Assembly: GCF_963921235.1 (NCBI RefSeq)
Contig: NC_086097.1
Location: 144,772,001-144,836,000 of the forward strand
Source: Mobula hypostoma
Lineage: Eukaryota
Reading direction: 5' to 3'
DNA length: 64,000 nt
Shown here one piece after another: positions 25,121-37,689 of this stretch (its first letter is position 1; each line of letters starts with the position of its first letter). The translations under genes were made by a program, and so were the position numbers. The notes under the pieces are model-generated. The model was given only the letters and a program-made list of their open reading frames with translations. It did no database searches and had not been told where the DNA came from.

Positions 25121-26927
25121 GATTCATTCTGGAGTTTCGGTCAGAGAGGAATTTCCAGATTTATTTCCTCCTAAAAATGCAAACAGAATACTGGGAGTAC
25201 TCAGTAGGTCAGATAGCATTTTTGGAAAGAAACAGTTCATGTTTAAGGTCAAAGAAGCTTTAATATGAAGGGTTTTCAATCTGAAACCTTAACTCTGTAC
25301 CTCTTTCCACAGATGCTGCCTGGCCCACTGAGTCTTCTGAATATTATTTTTATTATTTTAGACTTACAGCTTCTGTGATTATTTTTGTTTTATTCCCCTC
25401 CCCGCACCCTTAAATTTATTTGTGTATGAATTTGGTTATCTGGTCTCTTCCAGAAGATTGAGGATTTCAGGTATGGATGAAGGGAACACATTGTAATGCA
25501 TCATTATCACAGTTGCATCAGAGAGGTTGGATGAATTAGAAGATCTATTAGCAGTACCTCATACATTTATATCCTTGACCAGAAATATTTATGCAGATTG
25601 TTAATTCGTAAGATCACTGAAACCGTCCACATATCTCATCTGTAAAGAGTTTTTGCTGTCCCGTGTTAAGCTGAAACACCCTGAAAGTGGCAATCCACAT
25701 GTTTAGTACTGTAGCTGGCTTTTCATTATACCACCACCACGTCATTTATGCCATACTCCATGTCTCAAAAATGAATTAAACCCAGCTGTGACAGATTATT
25801 GAACATCGGCTAAAATAGCAATTAAACTATTAATTAAGCACAGGCTTGGTAAAATAAGCAATGCTGTTATTTGCACATTTTATGTAGGTCATAAGGCAAA
25901 TATGAAGTCAGTTTAATGGTAAGTGGCTGATCTCCCATATAGACAGTGCCTTACAGTAATTTGTTACCAATTCTGTGGTGACTGGGGAAATGGTAAATTA
26001 GCAAACACTCTGATGGAACCTCAGAAGTATTGTTGAATTTAAAAGAAATATATTATTTTTCTAAATTACTTAAAATGATTAATTTCATTTTGGAAAAGCT
26101 TGAATTGATGTAAGGAAGTTCTTCATGTGGACCGATTAACACTTGGAATGGATCACTGGGTAGAAAAGTGGAAGCAAAAGCCTTTAGGGATATTTGGAAC
26201 GTAGCTGCTTACTCCAATGGGAGGATATGTCTGTTTCTAACTGGATGAAGCAGTATGAGTCAAATGGCCTTTCTCATTCATTTTATCTTACTAATCTTTG
26301 GAATGACTCTGAAATACTATTTTGTCAGTTGGGCGTCACTCTCTAAGTGTGAACAGGCAAACTGTTGGTTTAGTATTGTTTTCCGTACCTCTGACCACCA
26401 AGTGAGTTCAGTTCTCTACTGATGGTGCTGGGTTGTAAAATTATCCTCTTGAATTTATTTTTGTATTTTTTAGTTGTGAATAATTTCTAGCCTCTTCTAT
26501 GTGAAATAATAAATATTTCCCCTTGGTATTGCTAAGCCCCTTCGCTAATACTTGTAGCCAATGTTTGTCCTTATTAATCTCTTCACTATAGAAAACCCAT
26601 TCTAAACCTCTTCATTTGCACATAAACACAATTCCATCTTTCCAACTCCATTTGGTGGTTGATTTTCCTTTCCTCTCCATGCATTCCATGAAGTGTCTCA
26701 GACAACTTGTTAATTTAAAACATCTTTATGGTCAAAGTTATTGTGCTTATCCAGCTATTTGTATGAGTGATTTGGCTCAAGATACAGAGCTTTTTTTTTT
26801 CCATGCACAAAGAAATTAAATGATTCCCAAAGTGCTCCAATAGTGGCCTGATTCAGAACTGACTCAGTCGGATCCCAAAAAGGTAGTTATCATGGAATGG
26901 TATTTTTCACAGCAGCAAAGTGGGACA

Positions 26928-27320
26928 AGAATCAGAATCAGGTTTAATATGTTGTGAAATTTGTTGTCTTTGTGGCAGCAGTGCAATGCCATACATAATA
27001 ATAAAGAAAAGATATGAATTACAGTAAGTATACATATTAAATAGATAAATTAAATAAGCAGTGCACAAAGAAAAAAAGTAGTGAGGTAGTGTTCATGGGT
27101 TCAACGTCCATACAGAAATTGGATGGCAGAGGTGAAGAAGCTGTCTCTGAAATGATGAGTATGTGCCTTCAAGTTTCTGTACTCCTTCCTGATGGCAGTA
27201 ATGAGAACAAAGGCATGACTTGGGTGATTGGGGTTCTTACTGATGCATGCTGCCTTTTTGAGGCATCACTTCTTGAAGATGCCCTGGATGATATGGAGGC
27301 TAGCATTACCACTGTACTGG
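26928..27320 (-). mobile_element. Rex1/Babar-like LINE 3' end
   Basis: aatcagaatcaggtttaatat tail, same family as 38763. Confidence 0.75.
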
Positions 27321-27496
27321 CTCATTATCATTCTACTGGCTCTTTGGAAGATGCCCTGGATGATATGGAGGCTAGCATTACCACTGTACTGGCTCATTAT
27401 CATTGTATTGGCTCTTTGGAAGATGCCCTGGATGATATGGAGGCTAGCATTACCACTGTACTGGCTCATTATCATCGTACTGGCTCTTTGGAAGAT
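27275..27496. repeat. 72-bp tandem repeat, 3 copies plus 6 nt
   Basis: Units start at 27275, 27347, 27419 and are near-identical. Confidence 0.95.
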
Positions 27497-27759
27497 TTAG
27501 AAATGTCACATTTCCCTCTCCAATCTCCAAATTTTGCAAGTGGATATAATTTCCTGTACCTAAATTCCAGTACTTCTCCTCATCCAACTATCTTAAATCT
27601 GTGACATCTGATATTTGACTGTGCTGTCAATGAGAAAGTCTTCAAATGTTCCACAATAACGTAAACTGTCACTTCTGTGATCATTTAACTCTCTGTATGA
27701 TTTACAAGATCAGATATAACATGTAGCCCAAACAGGGTCATGGCAAGAAGGTCAAACGT

Positions 27760-29370
27760 GCAACATAGAACAGTATGGCCAATGATGTCTATGCCAAACA
27801 TGATGCCAAATTAAACCAATCACTTCTGTTTGTACATGATTCATGTCTCTGCATCCCCTGCTTATTCATGTGTCCATCTAACACCACTATCGTATCTGCT
27901 TCCAACATATTCCAGACACCTAGGGTGTAAAAAAAAAACTTGCCCTTCATATCTCCTTTAAACTTTACCCCCGCACCCTAAAACTATCCCTTCTAGTATT
28001 TGAAAAGGCAAACATGAGGAATTCTGCAGGTGCTGGAAATTCAAGCATTCCTAGTGAGGTGGCAGAAGGATGGAGTGAGAGCAGATGTGCATGAATGGGG
28101 GAGATGCGTTTGAGAGCAGAGTTGACGGTGGAGGAAGGGAAGCCACTTTCTTTAAAAAGGGAGGACATCTTCCTCGTCCTGGAACAAAAAGCCTCATCCT
28201 GAGAGTAGATGCGGTGGAGACGGAGGAATTGCGAGAAGGGGATGGCATTTTTGCAAGAGACAGGGTGAGAAGAGGTGTTGCTGAACACCTACGCTCTGTC
28301 CGCCAGAGAAAGCAGGATCTCCTAGTGGCCACACATTTTAATTCCACATCCCATTCCCATTCTGATATGTCTATCCACGGCCTCCTCTACAGTAAAGATG
28401 AAGCCACACTCAGGTTGGAGGAACAACACCTTATATTCTGTCTGGGTAGCCTCCAAACTGATGGCAGGAACATTGACTTCTCAAACTTCCGCTAATGCCT
28501 CACCTCCCCCTCGTACCCATCCGTTATTTATTTATATACACAAATTCTTTCTGTCTCTCTCCTTTTTCTCCCTCTGTTCCTCTGACTATACCCCTTGCCC
28601 ATCCTCTGGGTTTTTCCCCCTCCCCCTCTTCCTTCTCCCTGGGCCTCCTGTCCCATGATCCTCTTATATCCCTTTTGCCAATCAACTGTCCAGCTCTTTG
28701 CTCCATCCCTCCCCCTCCTGTCTTCTCCTATCATTTTGGATCTCCCCCTCCCCCTCCCGCTTTCAAATCTCTTACTAGCTCTTCCTTCAGTTAGTCCTGA
28801 CGAAGGGTCTCGGCCGGAAACATCGACTGTAGCTCTTCCTAGAGATGCTGCCTGGCCTGCTGCGTTCTCCAACGACTTTGATGTGTGTTCCTTCTAGTAT
28901 TTGATATTTCTACCATGGTAGAAAGTTCCTGCCTGTTGGCCCTACCTTCGCCTCTAATAATTTTATAAATCTCCATCAGATCTCTCCTTAGCTTCTGATG
29001 CTACAGAGAAATCAATCCAACCTCCCCCTATGGCTATGCCCTCTTTTACTCCCTAAATCAATCCAACCTCTCCCTATGGCAACATCCTGGTGAACCTTTT
29101 CTGCATCTTTTCCAAAGTCTTCATATCTTTCCTGTAATGGGGCAACCAGAAATGCACACAATGGAAGTGAAGCTGAAGGCACTGTTGAAGGTATGAGTAC
29201 ACCATTTGACTCATTGCTAATGCTCTCTATTGCAGGCAGTTTCTTGGTGAACAACTTTGGCAACCTCTCCAAAGCCTCCACATCCTTCTTGGAATGAGGT
29301 GACCAGAGCTATAAGCAAAACTCCAAGTGTGGACTAACCAAAGTTTCATACAGCTTTGACATGAATTCTC
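27760..29370 (-). mobile_element. Old CR1 3' fragment interrupted by a Penelope insertion
   Basis: aacatagaacagta tail at about 27762; EALERLPKLFTKKLP-like remnants at 29200-29350. Confidence 0.7.
28004..28889 (+). mobile_element. Penelope-like element, 5'-truncated with inversion, 15-bp TSD
   Basis: GIY-YIG C-terminus AEHLRSVRQ...VATHFN...RLEEQHLIF on +; inverted RT C-terminal piece SSHPVSCKNAIPFSQFLRL on - (about 28050-28275); TSD CCTTCTAGTATTTGA at 27989-28003 and 28890-28904. Confidence 0.9.
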
Positions 29371-29554
29371 GAGTCTTATATAAATATAAATAATAATATA
29401 CTGTATAATTTTGTCTCCTTCATCAGGAGCATAATAAAATACCTGCAAAATTAGATAAAGGCTGGGAACAAGATGTAATGATTCATTCAACCATTCTGGA
29501 ACTCAGTCCTGTTCAGTTGATACCAGAGTAATTTTCAAGTCTGGAATTAGTACA

Positions 29555-31750
29555 AAAGTTCAAGCTTAAAGTTCAGAGTAAATTTTATTATCAGCGTACA
29601 TATATGTCACGACATAGATCACTGAGATACACTTTCCTGCGGGCATACTCAGCAAATCTATAGAATAGTAACTGTAACAGGATCAATGAAAGATCAACCA
29701 GAGTGCAGAAGACAACAAACTGTGCAAGTGCAAATATAAATAACAAGATAAAGAGTCCTTAAAGTGAAATCATTGGTTGTGGTAACATCTCAATGGATGG
29801 GCAAGTGAGTGTAGTTATCCCCTTTTGTTCAAGAGCCAGAAGATTGAGAGGTAGTAACTTCGTGAACCTGGTGGTGCAAGTCCTGAGGCATCTGTATCTT
29901 CTATCTGACGGCAGCACTGAAAAAATTGCGTGGCCTGTGTGGTGAGGATCCCCGGTGATGTTTTCATGCAACAGTGTTTCATGTAGCTGCACTTAATAGT
30001 TGGGAGGGCTTTACCCATGGATGTACTGGGCTGAATCTACTACCTTTTGAGAGATTTTCCATTCAAAAGCATTGGTGTTTCTATACGAGGCGAGGGAAGA
30101 GATTGCTGAGACTCGGTCTAGGATCTTCCTGTCCTCGTTGTGCACAGGAATGATACCAGAGGATTGGAGGGAGGCGAATGTTGTCCCCTTGTTCAAAAAA
30201 GGTAGCAGGGATAGTTCAGGTAAATATAGACCAGTGAGCCTTACGTCTGTGGTGGGAAAGCTGTTGGAAAAGATTCTTAGAGATAGGATCTATGGGCATT
30301 TAGAGAATCATGGTCTGATCAGGGACAGTCAGCATGGCTTTGTGAAGGGCAGATTGCGTCTAACAAGCCTGATAGAGTTCTTTGAGGAGGTGACCAGGCA
30401 TATAGATGAGTGTAGTGCAGTGGATGTGATCTACATGGATTTTAGTAAGGCATTTGACAAGTTTCCACACGGTAGGCTTATTCAGAAAGTCAGAAGGCAT
30501 GGGATCCAGGGAAGTTAGGCCAGGTGGATTCAGAATTGGCTTGCCTGCAGAGGGCAGAGGGTGGTGGTGGAGGGAGTACATTCAGATTGGAGGATTGTGA
30601 CTAGTGGTGTCCCACAAGGATCTGTTCTGGGACCTCTGCTTTTCGTGATTTTTATTAACGACCTGGCCATGGGGGTAGAAGGGTGGGTTGGTAAGTTTGC
30701 AGATGACACAAAGGTTGGTGGTGTTGTAGTTAGCGTAGAGGATTGTCAAAGATTGCAAAGAGACATTGATAGGATGCAGGAGTGGGCTGAGAAGTGGCAG
30801 ATGGAGTTCAACCTGGAGAAGTGTGAGGTGATACACTTTGGAAGGACAAACTTCAAGGCAGAGTACAAAGTAAATGGCAGGATACTTGGTAGTGTAGAGG
30901 AGCAGAGGGATCTGGGGGTACATGTCTATAGATCCCTGAAAGTTGCCTCACAGGTAGATAGGGTAGTTAAGAAAGCTTATGGGGTGTTAGCTTTCATAAG
31001 TCGAGGGATAGAGTTTAAAAGTCGCGATGTAATGATGCAGCTCTATAAAATTCTGATTGGGCCACACTTGGAGTGCTGTGTCCAGTTCTGGTCACCTCAC
31101 TATAGGAAGGATGTGGAAGCATTGGAAAGGATACAGAGGAGATTTACCAGGATGCTGCCTGGTTTAGAGAGTATGCATTATGATCAAAGATTAAGGGGGT
31201 TAAGGCTTTACTCTTTGGAGAGGAGGAGGATGAGAGGAGACATGATAGAGGTATACAAGATATTAAGAGGAATAGATAGAGTGGGCAGCCATTGCCTCTT
31301 CCCCAGGGCACCACTGCTCAATACAAGAGGACATGGCTTTAAGGTAAGGGGTGGCAAGTTCAAGGGGGATATTAGAGGAAAGTTTTTTACTCAGAGAGTG
31401 GTTGGTGCATGGAATGCACTGCCTGAGTCAGTGGTGGAGGCAGATACACTAGTGAAATTTAAGAGACTACTAGACAGGTATATGGAGGAATTTAAGGTGG
31501 GGATTAAATGGGAGGTAGGGTTTAAGGGTCGGCACAACATTGTGGGCCGAAAGGCCTGTACTGTGCTGTACTGTTCTATGTTATACCTGGGCATGATGTA
31601 GCCAGTCCATATACTCTCCACCACACATCTATAGAGGTTTGTCGAGGTTTTTGATGTCATGCCAAATTTCCGCAGAGTCCCGAAGAAGCAGAGGCACTGC
31701 CATGCTTTCCTCACAATTGAACTTACATACTCGGCCTAGGACAGGTCCCA
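29555..31750 (-). mobile_element. Rex1/Babar-like LINE fragment split by a CR1 insertion (halves about 29555-30086 and 31582-31750)
   Basis: Colinear halves either side of the CR1, with TATAC at both junctions. Confidence 0.75.
30087..31581 (+). mobile_element. Young 5'-truncated CR1 LINE (RT region)
   Basis: PEDWREANVVPLFKKG, YRPVSLTSVVGK, DFSKAFDK, GVPQGSVLGP, KFADDTK; one stop at about 30516; gttctatg tail. Confidence 0.95.
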
Positions 31751-34344
31751 GGATGTATATTTTGTGGAGTAAGAAATCAATAGATTTTAATCAAAGAGAA
31801 GTTAATGGTGTAAAGTACAGTTTAGATATATTCCAATGGAATTGAAATCAATTAGAGGTAATATAGTTCCAATATGATGTTGTTCATTTTATCCATTTGT
31901 TGAAATCTAATTTATCTCAAAGCCTTAAACAGAAATTTTATTTTAGCACTTTGCTGAGGGATTTTCAGAAGAGTGGGTGTAAAAAAAAAAATTCAAGTTG
32001 ATTACATTAAGAGCTTTGGCCAATAGTCTTCCTTCAACCAAAGGATACTTTAATAGTTCATTCATCATATTTAATGTTTATTTGGGCCTGTACTAACACT
32101 GGCTTATTTGCGAACAGTAAATGACTGAGTAAGTTACAGGCTGACTTGCACTTTGGGACATCCTGAGATCATGGTGAGCTATTCTATAAGTCTATATTAT
32201 TTATTTATTTATTCCACGGGACACAATTGTTTCCTGTACTGGTGAGGCCAAAAAGTAAGACTGCTGTCTGTAAGAGGCAGCACGCCAACTTTGTGTCATA
32301 GAAATGAAAGCATGGGTGAGTACTCTGGTGTTTTGGCGATTGCTTTTGGAGATTGGGGACATTTTACGTCAGGTTTTCCAGAGCCATTTGCACAGGTGTT
32401 AGGTCCTTGTAAAGGTAAGTTCTAAAGTACCCGTGAAAGGAAATGGCTGGATTTTGATGCTGTTTTTTACTCTTGTCCTTTTACCTCCAGTGTTCACTCC
32501 AATAATTATGGGCCGTGAATGAGTGATATATATTGTGTCTCATTCATGAATTACAATGTGAATTCACATCTGAGAATTTTTCACTTGATCAGCTCTCAGA
32601 ATCAGGAAAAAAATTCATAGCTTCCAGATTATTGAAGGTTTTGCCTCACCATGCTCTGGAGATTAAATAAATCTGTGGGAGATCACAAGTATGAGCTACA
32701 CAAAGTCTATTGGAATAAACAGTTTTGATGGACTGAATTGAAGATGAGATATTTTTGCCAAGTCCATGAACAATACAGAGGCAATACTTACAGACAATAT
32801 GTCCTTCTCTCAGTGATTAGCTCATCCTGCTGTCAGCCATGCAAAAAGAAAATTCTGAGGAAACCAAAATCCCATGCCCACAGTGTAGACAGCAGACAGT
32901 TGGCCTGCCAAGATGGAATCAAGGGAAAAGCGTGGATCTGCTGGGATTCCATCACATTCACAGCTCATCCTGTATTCCAGTCGGTGTGATGTATATTCTG
33001 TAACAATTACTTTACTGCCAGACTCTGGAGTGCATTATTCCCACATTATTTGGCAACAAGTCATACTTAGGCATGCCAAATAAATGCTTCTCACAGGATA
33101 TCAAAAGGATTCTGCCATTGAGATTTATGTACTTCAACCCAATGGAACTTTTACCATCTGGGTGCTGTTATGAAAAATACTAAAACCTAATGAACCTGTC
33201 TTCACCCAGAGCATGAGCTTGAAGTAAGAAGGTAACTAATTAATCGATTCAAGCTTCCTGTGGGTGCAACACCCAATTGGAAGCATAATATTTCAGAATC
33301 ATGGTCGCCTGATTTGTCCACAACTCTTCCCTAATCAGTACATGGGCTGCATTATGTATTTACAGATGTTTCTATTTCACTAAAGAAATTCAATGGAAAT
33401 GAATTCAAGGAGAAGAGATGTACAGAGACTATTACAGAGTCCATTTCATACTGCCTGCTGGGAAATAATTACTAGGCAATCAAAATCCCACAAGCAGAAG
33501 GCAATTACTCCTCCAGGTATGTCATAAGGTTTGGAGTTATTTCTTTGATCAAAAAGGGAAAAGCAGAATATTAGGACTGTGAATTAGTCATCTGCTATAT
33601 TCCATATTGTTATTTGCTGAATGATATCTTACTTATATTTGAATAATTCTTTTACAACTATCTTCACCTTTTTAGCTAGCATGTAACATAAATTAATTGA
33701 GTTAACTGTTTCTGCAGATAGGTATCAATGTGATTCCAAATATTTTGATGATGTTGCCAGAACTACATTGAAACTATTATGATCACATAACAGAAAACTG
33801 CATTTACATTCACAGCCAAAACAGGGTTTACACATGAAAACCTGTATCAGAAGGTAAAATGTCTTTTAAAATCATTCTGGATTCATTCATTATTGTAAAT
33901 TATTTATTATTTGTTTTCATTGCAGTTTTCTCAAGGCAAAATTACCTTATCATAATTTACCGTGAAAGGAAATTCACAGAAATTGCTATTAAAAAGAAAG
34001 ATGATCAAATATAGGGGTGTCACAGTGTCAGATATTACAGTCATTGTTTGATTCATTGCTAAACTCACTGATTAGAAAACCAGGAAATCCTGGGATGAAC
34101 TTACCAGTGAGAATCAGCCAGTGTCAAATTTATAGCATTTGGCACCATAATTTCCACTTCAGGAAATTCAAAGCCATTGTTTTTATAAACTGGCAATGTG
34201 GTAACAAGGAACAAGGAGGAGTACACTATGATTATCATTAAGCAAATGTAAGAGAAAACTAGCAGATTAAAAAACTTGGATCAATTTTGTACCTCATTAT
34301 GACCTGAGGATATTATAAGCAACTGAATCATTGTCACTGTGTGC

Positions 34345-35565
34345 ATACATCTATTGATGCTTCTGGACACATCTTCAGTGATGTTCCTGGAATCATCGGG
34401 TGTTTCGGGTCTTTCAACATCATACAATCTCCTCCAGGTGACCCAGCCGGGGCTGATCAGACCCCAGCTTGTGTCCAGATGGCTAGCTACTTATGACTCC
34501 ATGGCTCCCCTCTTTTGAGCCACAGCCATCTTGAGGCCCTCTCTGCCGCATCGGTGATACTGCGGATGGCTCTCCTCTTCCTCTCTCCCTCGATGCCCAA
34601 AATGCTGAAGGCTCTAACTAAAGAACGGGCTATGAATCCCCTACAACCAACCTCCACTGGGAGACACCTCGCTCTCCATCCAGCCTGGTGACATTTGCTG
34701 ACCAGTCCTGCCTACTTGGAGAGCTTCCTTTCAAAGGCCTCTTCCAAGCTATCTTCCCATGGGACTGTCAGCTCCAGTAGTACCACTTGCTTAGTAGATT
34801 CATACACTAGGACAATGTCTGGTTGCAGGGTGGTGGCTGCGATATGGTTGGGGAACTTCAGCTGCCCTTCGAGGTCCACCAACAGCTGCCAGTTCCTTGC
34901 AGAGGTCAGAATGCCTGCAGATGTTCTTTTGGCAGGTATTGGCTGCTCCCCAGCTCTGACAAAGGCAATGGTCTGCTTGGAGAGTCGGGACCGCTTCGCC
35001 CACTCAACTCCTGCGCTGACGGCTTCAGCGATGGTCTTCAGGACCTGATCATACCTCCACCTGTACCATCCCTCACCAAGTGCCCTTGCACAGCCGCTGA
35101 GGATGTGCTCCAGGGTTCCTCGCTTGCAGCACAGTTGGCACACAGATGACTCTACCTTGCCCCATGTGTGCAGGTTTGATGGGCTTGGAAGCACATCGTA
35201 CGCTGCCTGGATGAGAAATTGGATGCGGTGTGGTTCGGCTTTCCAAAGATCAGCCCAGGTCACTTTCCTCTCAACCGCATTCTCCCATCTTGTCCAAGCT
35301 CCCTGTTGCTTCATTCCCACCGCCTTGCAGGCTCTCATCTCCTCCACTACTGCCCTCACCTCCTCCTGAACTAGACGATGCCTTTCCTTCCCTCTGGTGT
35401 CCATTTGGGGAGTTGGAAAGGATCCTAGCCCAGCTTGGCCTTGTGTGACCACTCCCACCAGCCTCCTGTGACGCAGCCTCGCCTCTGCCTCCTGAACAGC
35501 TTCCTCTGCCCTCCACTTCCTGCCAGTACTTACTTGGATCCCTGCTCTAGCTACCTTTTTAGTAT
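34345..35565 (-). mobile_element. HERO-like (R2-group) non-LTR retrotransposon, 5'-truncated, CCHC plus restriction-like endonuclease
   Basis: CQLC...EHILSGC knuckle, RWRYDQVL, PDIVL...LLELTVPWE, PVEVGCRG. One internal TAG (34712-34714); the same frame ends at 34487. Confidence 0.85.
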
Positions 35566-35623
35566 CTAATGGTGTTCCCTCAGTTAAGAAAGGCACAGGG
35601 AAAACCTAGGTAACTAGAGGCCA

Positions 35624-35894
35624 ACAACAGGAATTCTGCAGATGCTGGAAATTCAAGCAACATACATCAAAGTTGCTGGTGAACGCAGCAGGCCAAGCAG
35701 CATCTATAGGAAGAGGCGCAGTCGACGTTTCAGGCCGAGACCCTTCGTCAGGACTAACTGAAGGAAGAGTGAGTATCCCTTACTCACTCTTCCTTCAGTT
35801 AGTCCTGACGAAGGGTCTCGGCCTGAAACGTCGACTGCGCCTCTTCCTATAGATGCTGCTTGGCCTGCTGCGTTCACCAGCAACTTTGATGTAT
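35624..35894. mobile_element. Young palindromic mini-Penelope insertion with 14-bp TSD
   Basis: Perfect inverted arms 35661-35775/35781-35895, 37-nt unpaired tail 35624-35660, TSD GTAACTAGAGGCCA (35610-35623, 35895-35908). Confidence 0.92.
35800..35837 (+). ncRNA. Minimal type I hammerhead ribozyme motif (mirror copy on - at 35719-35756)
   Basis: tagtc-CTGACGA-agg gtctcgg cct-GAAA-cGTC-gactg: helix I agtc/gact, helix II agg/cct, palindromic helix III region typical of Penelope hammerheads. Confidence 0.75.
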
Positions 35895-35895
35895 G

Positions 35896-37070
35896 TAACT
35901 AGAGGCCAGTGAGCTTTATATCAGTGGTAGGGAAATTGTTGGGAAAATAGTTCTATGGCAGAGGATTTGTGTATGTTTAGAAAGCAGGGACTGATCAAGT
36001 ATAGTCAGCATAGCTTTTTGTAGGGAAATCCTGATTCATTCATTCATTTTTTTAGGAGGTAACTAAGAAGTCTGATAAAGGCAGAGTAGGAGTTATTGTC
36101 TACTAATGCATTTGACAAGGTACCAGATGATATACCGGACCAGAGATTAATAATAATTGAATCCAAAATTAGATTAATGATAGAAGGCAGAAGGTAATCT
36201 TGAAAGAATGCTTTTCTGATTGGAAGTCTTTGACCAAAAGTGCATCTCCAAGGATTGGTGGTTGGGGAAATTATTGTGATATCTAATAATGACTTGGATG
36301 TGGATGTAGTTGTATGATTAGTAAGACTTTGGATGGTACAAAAGTCCGTGGTGTTGTGGACAATGAGTAAGGTTTCAACAGGATGTAGATTATAGATTAG
36401 ATGGAAGTTGGACAGAGCGTTGGCAGATGAAACTTAATCATGACAAATATATGTTGGGAAGTCAAATAAGAGTAGGACATATATCTTTAGTATATAGTAG
36501 GGTGCTAAGGAATGTTGATAAATAGAGTGACCTTGGGGTTCAAATCTAGCCATTGCTCAGATTACATTTGGGGTACAGTGCACAATCCCAACTTCCCAAA
36601 CTATAGAAAGAATATGGTTGCGCTTGAAAGAGTACAGAGGAGATTTTTTAGGATGTCACCCAAATTGAAGGATGTTAGTAACTGGGAGAGATTAGACAGA
36701 TTAGATTTGTTTTCCCTGGACCAAAGGAGGCCGAGGGTGATCTGACACAAAATTATAAGTAGCACAGATAGAGTAGATAGCCAGAAGCTTTTTCCCATGG
36801 TAGAGATGTCAAAAACAAAGGAACTTAAGTTTTAGGTGAATGGCAGGAGTTTTAAAGGGCATCAAAGGAGGAAAGATTTTAGGGTAGTTGCTATCTACAA
36901 CTCACTTCTGGAGGAGGCAGTGGAGTCAGATATAAACATTCCATTTAAGAGATATTTGGATATTTAAATAGGAAAAATACAGACCTAGTGCAGGAAGTGT
37001 ATGTGTACAAAAGGTCAGCAGGGACATGATAGGCCAAAGAGCTTGTTTCTGTGCTTCAAACTCATGACTT
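35896..37070 (+). mobile_element. Degraded CR1 (RT to 3' end)
   Basis: Remnants RPVSFISVVGKLL, SQHSF, AFDKVP, ALERVQRRF. Confidence 0.8.
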
Positions 37071-37689
37071 GCTTGTAGACAAATACAACAACTGCTTGTG
37101 AACACAGTGCTTGGAACTTCTTACTGAGATGCCATACTGAGCAACAGTGTTTTCTATTCCACTCATGAAATTTATAGTTACAGTCAGTACCGAGGAAACT
37201 GAGAAGATTGCTTAAGGCAAGATGGTGGACGCAGTCCATATGGATCAATAAATCGGAGTTATTTTTTAATGTTGTTAAATTGGGTGAGATTTTTCTGGCC
37301 ATTCCTGCAGGAGACTTCCTGCTTTTCTTAAATAATGCCTATTATGTCTATCACAGTGGACAGTTATAGGAAATATTTTCCATCCAAACGTAAAGTGCAT
37401 GTGGAATGCATGGCGTAATTAATGACTGAAGCCAAGAATATAAAAAAAAAATTCCTGAAGTAGAATTTGCCATCATATGACGATTACCTTGAATTTCCTG
37501 GAATGAGGATATTGGGAAACGTTAGATAGTGTAATGGGGATTATATAACAGCATAGGGTTGATTGGATGAATAATAACTTTAACAATGAACAAAACCAAA
37601 CGGGGATTAATTTTTTACTTGTATTTGGAAACTGTAGGCTGGTGAGTTTATCATTACTGTGGGTAAATCGATGCAGGGGATTCTGTGAG

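Noticed and set aside
27275..27496. CRISPR-like array
   Set aside because: Head-to-tail units with no unique spacers, in a eukaryotic context with no cas genes.
27089..27604. 171-aa ORF with 24-aa repeats
   Set aside because: Antisense LINE sequence plus a 72-bp tandem repeat; open in several frames by construction.
34360..34430. GAAA and CTGAAGA motifs in the HERO 3' UTR suggesting a hammerhead or SECIS
   Set aside because: The required helices could not be formed; simple hairpins explain it better.
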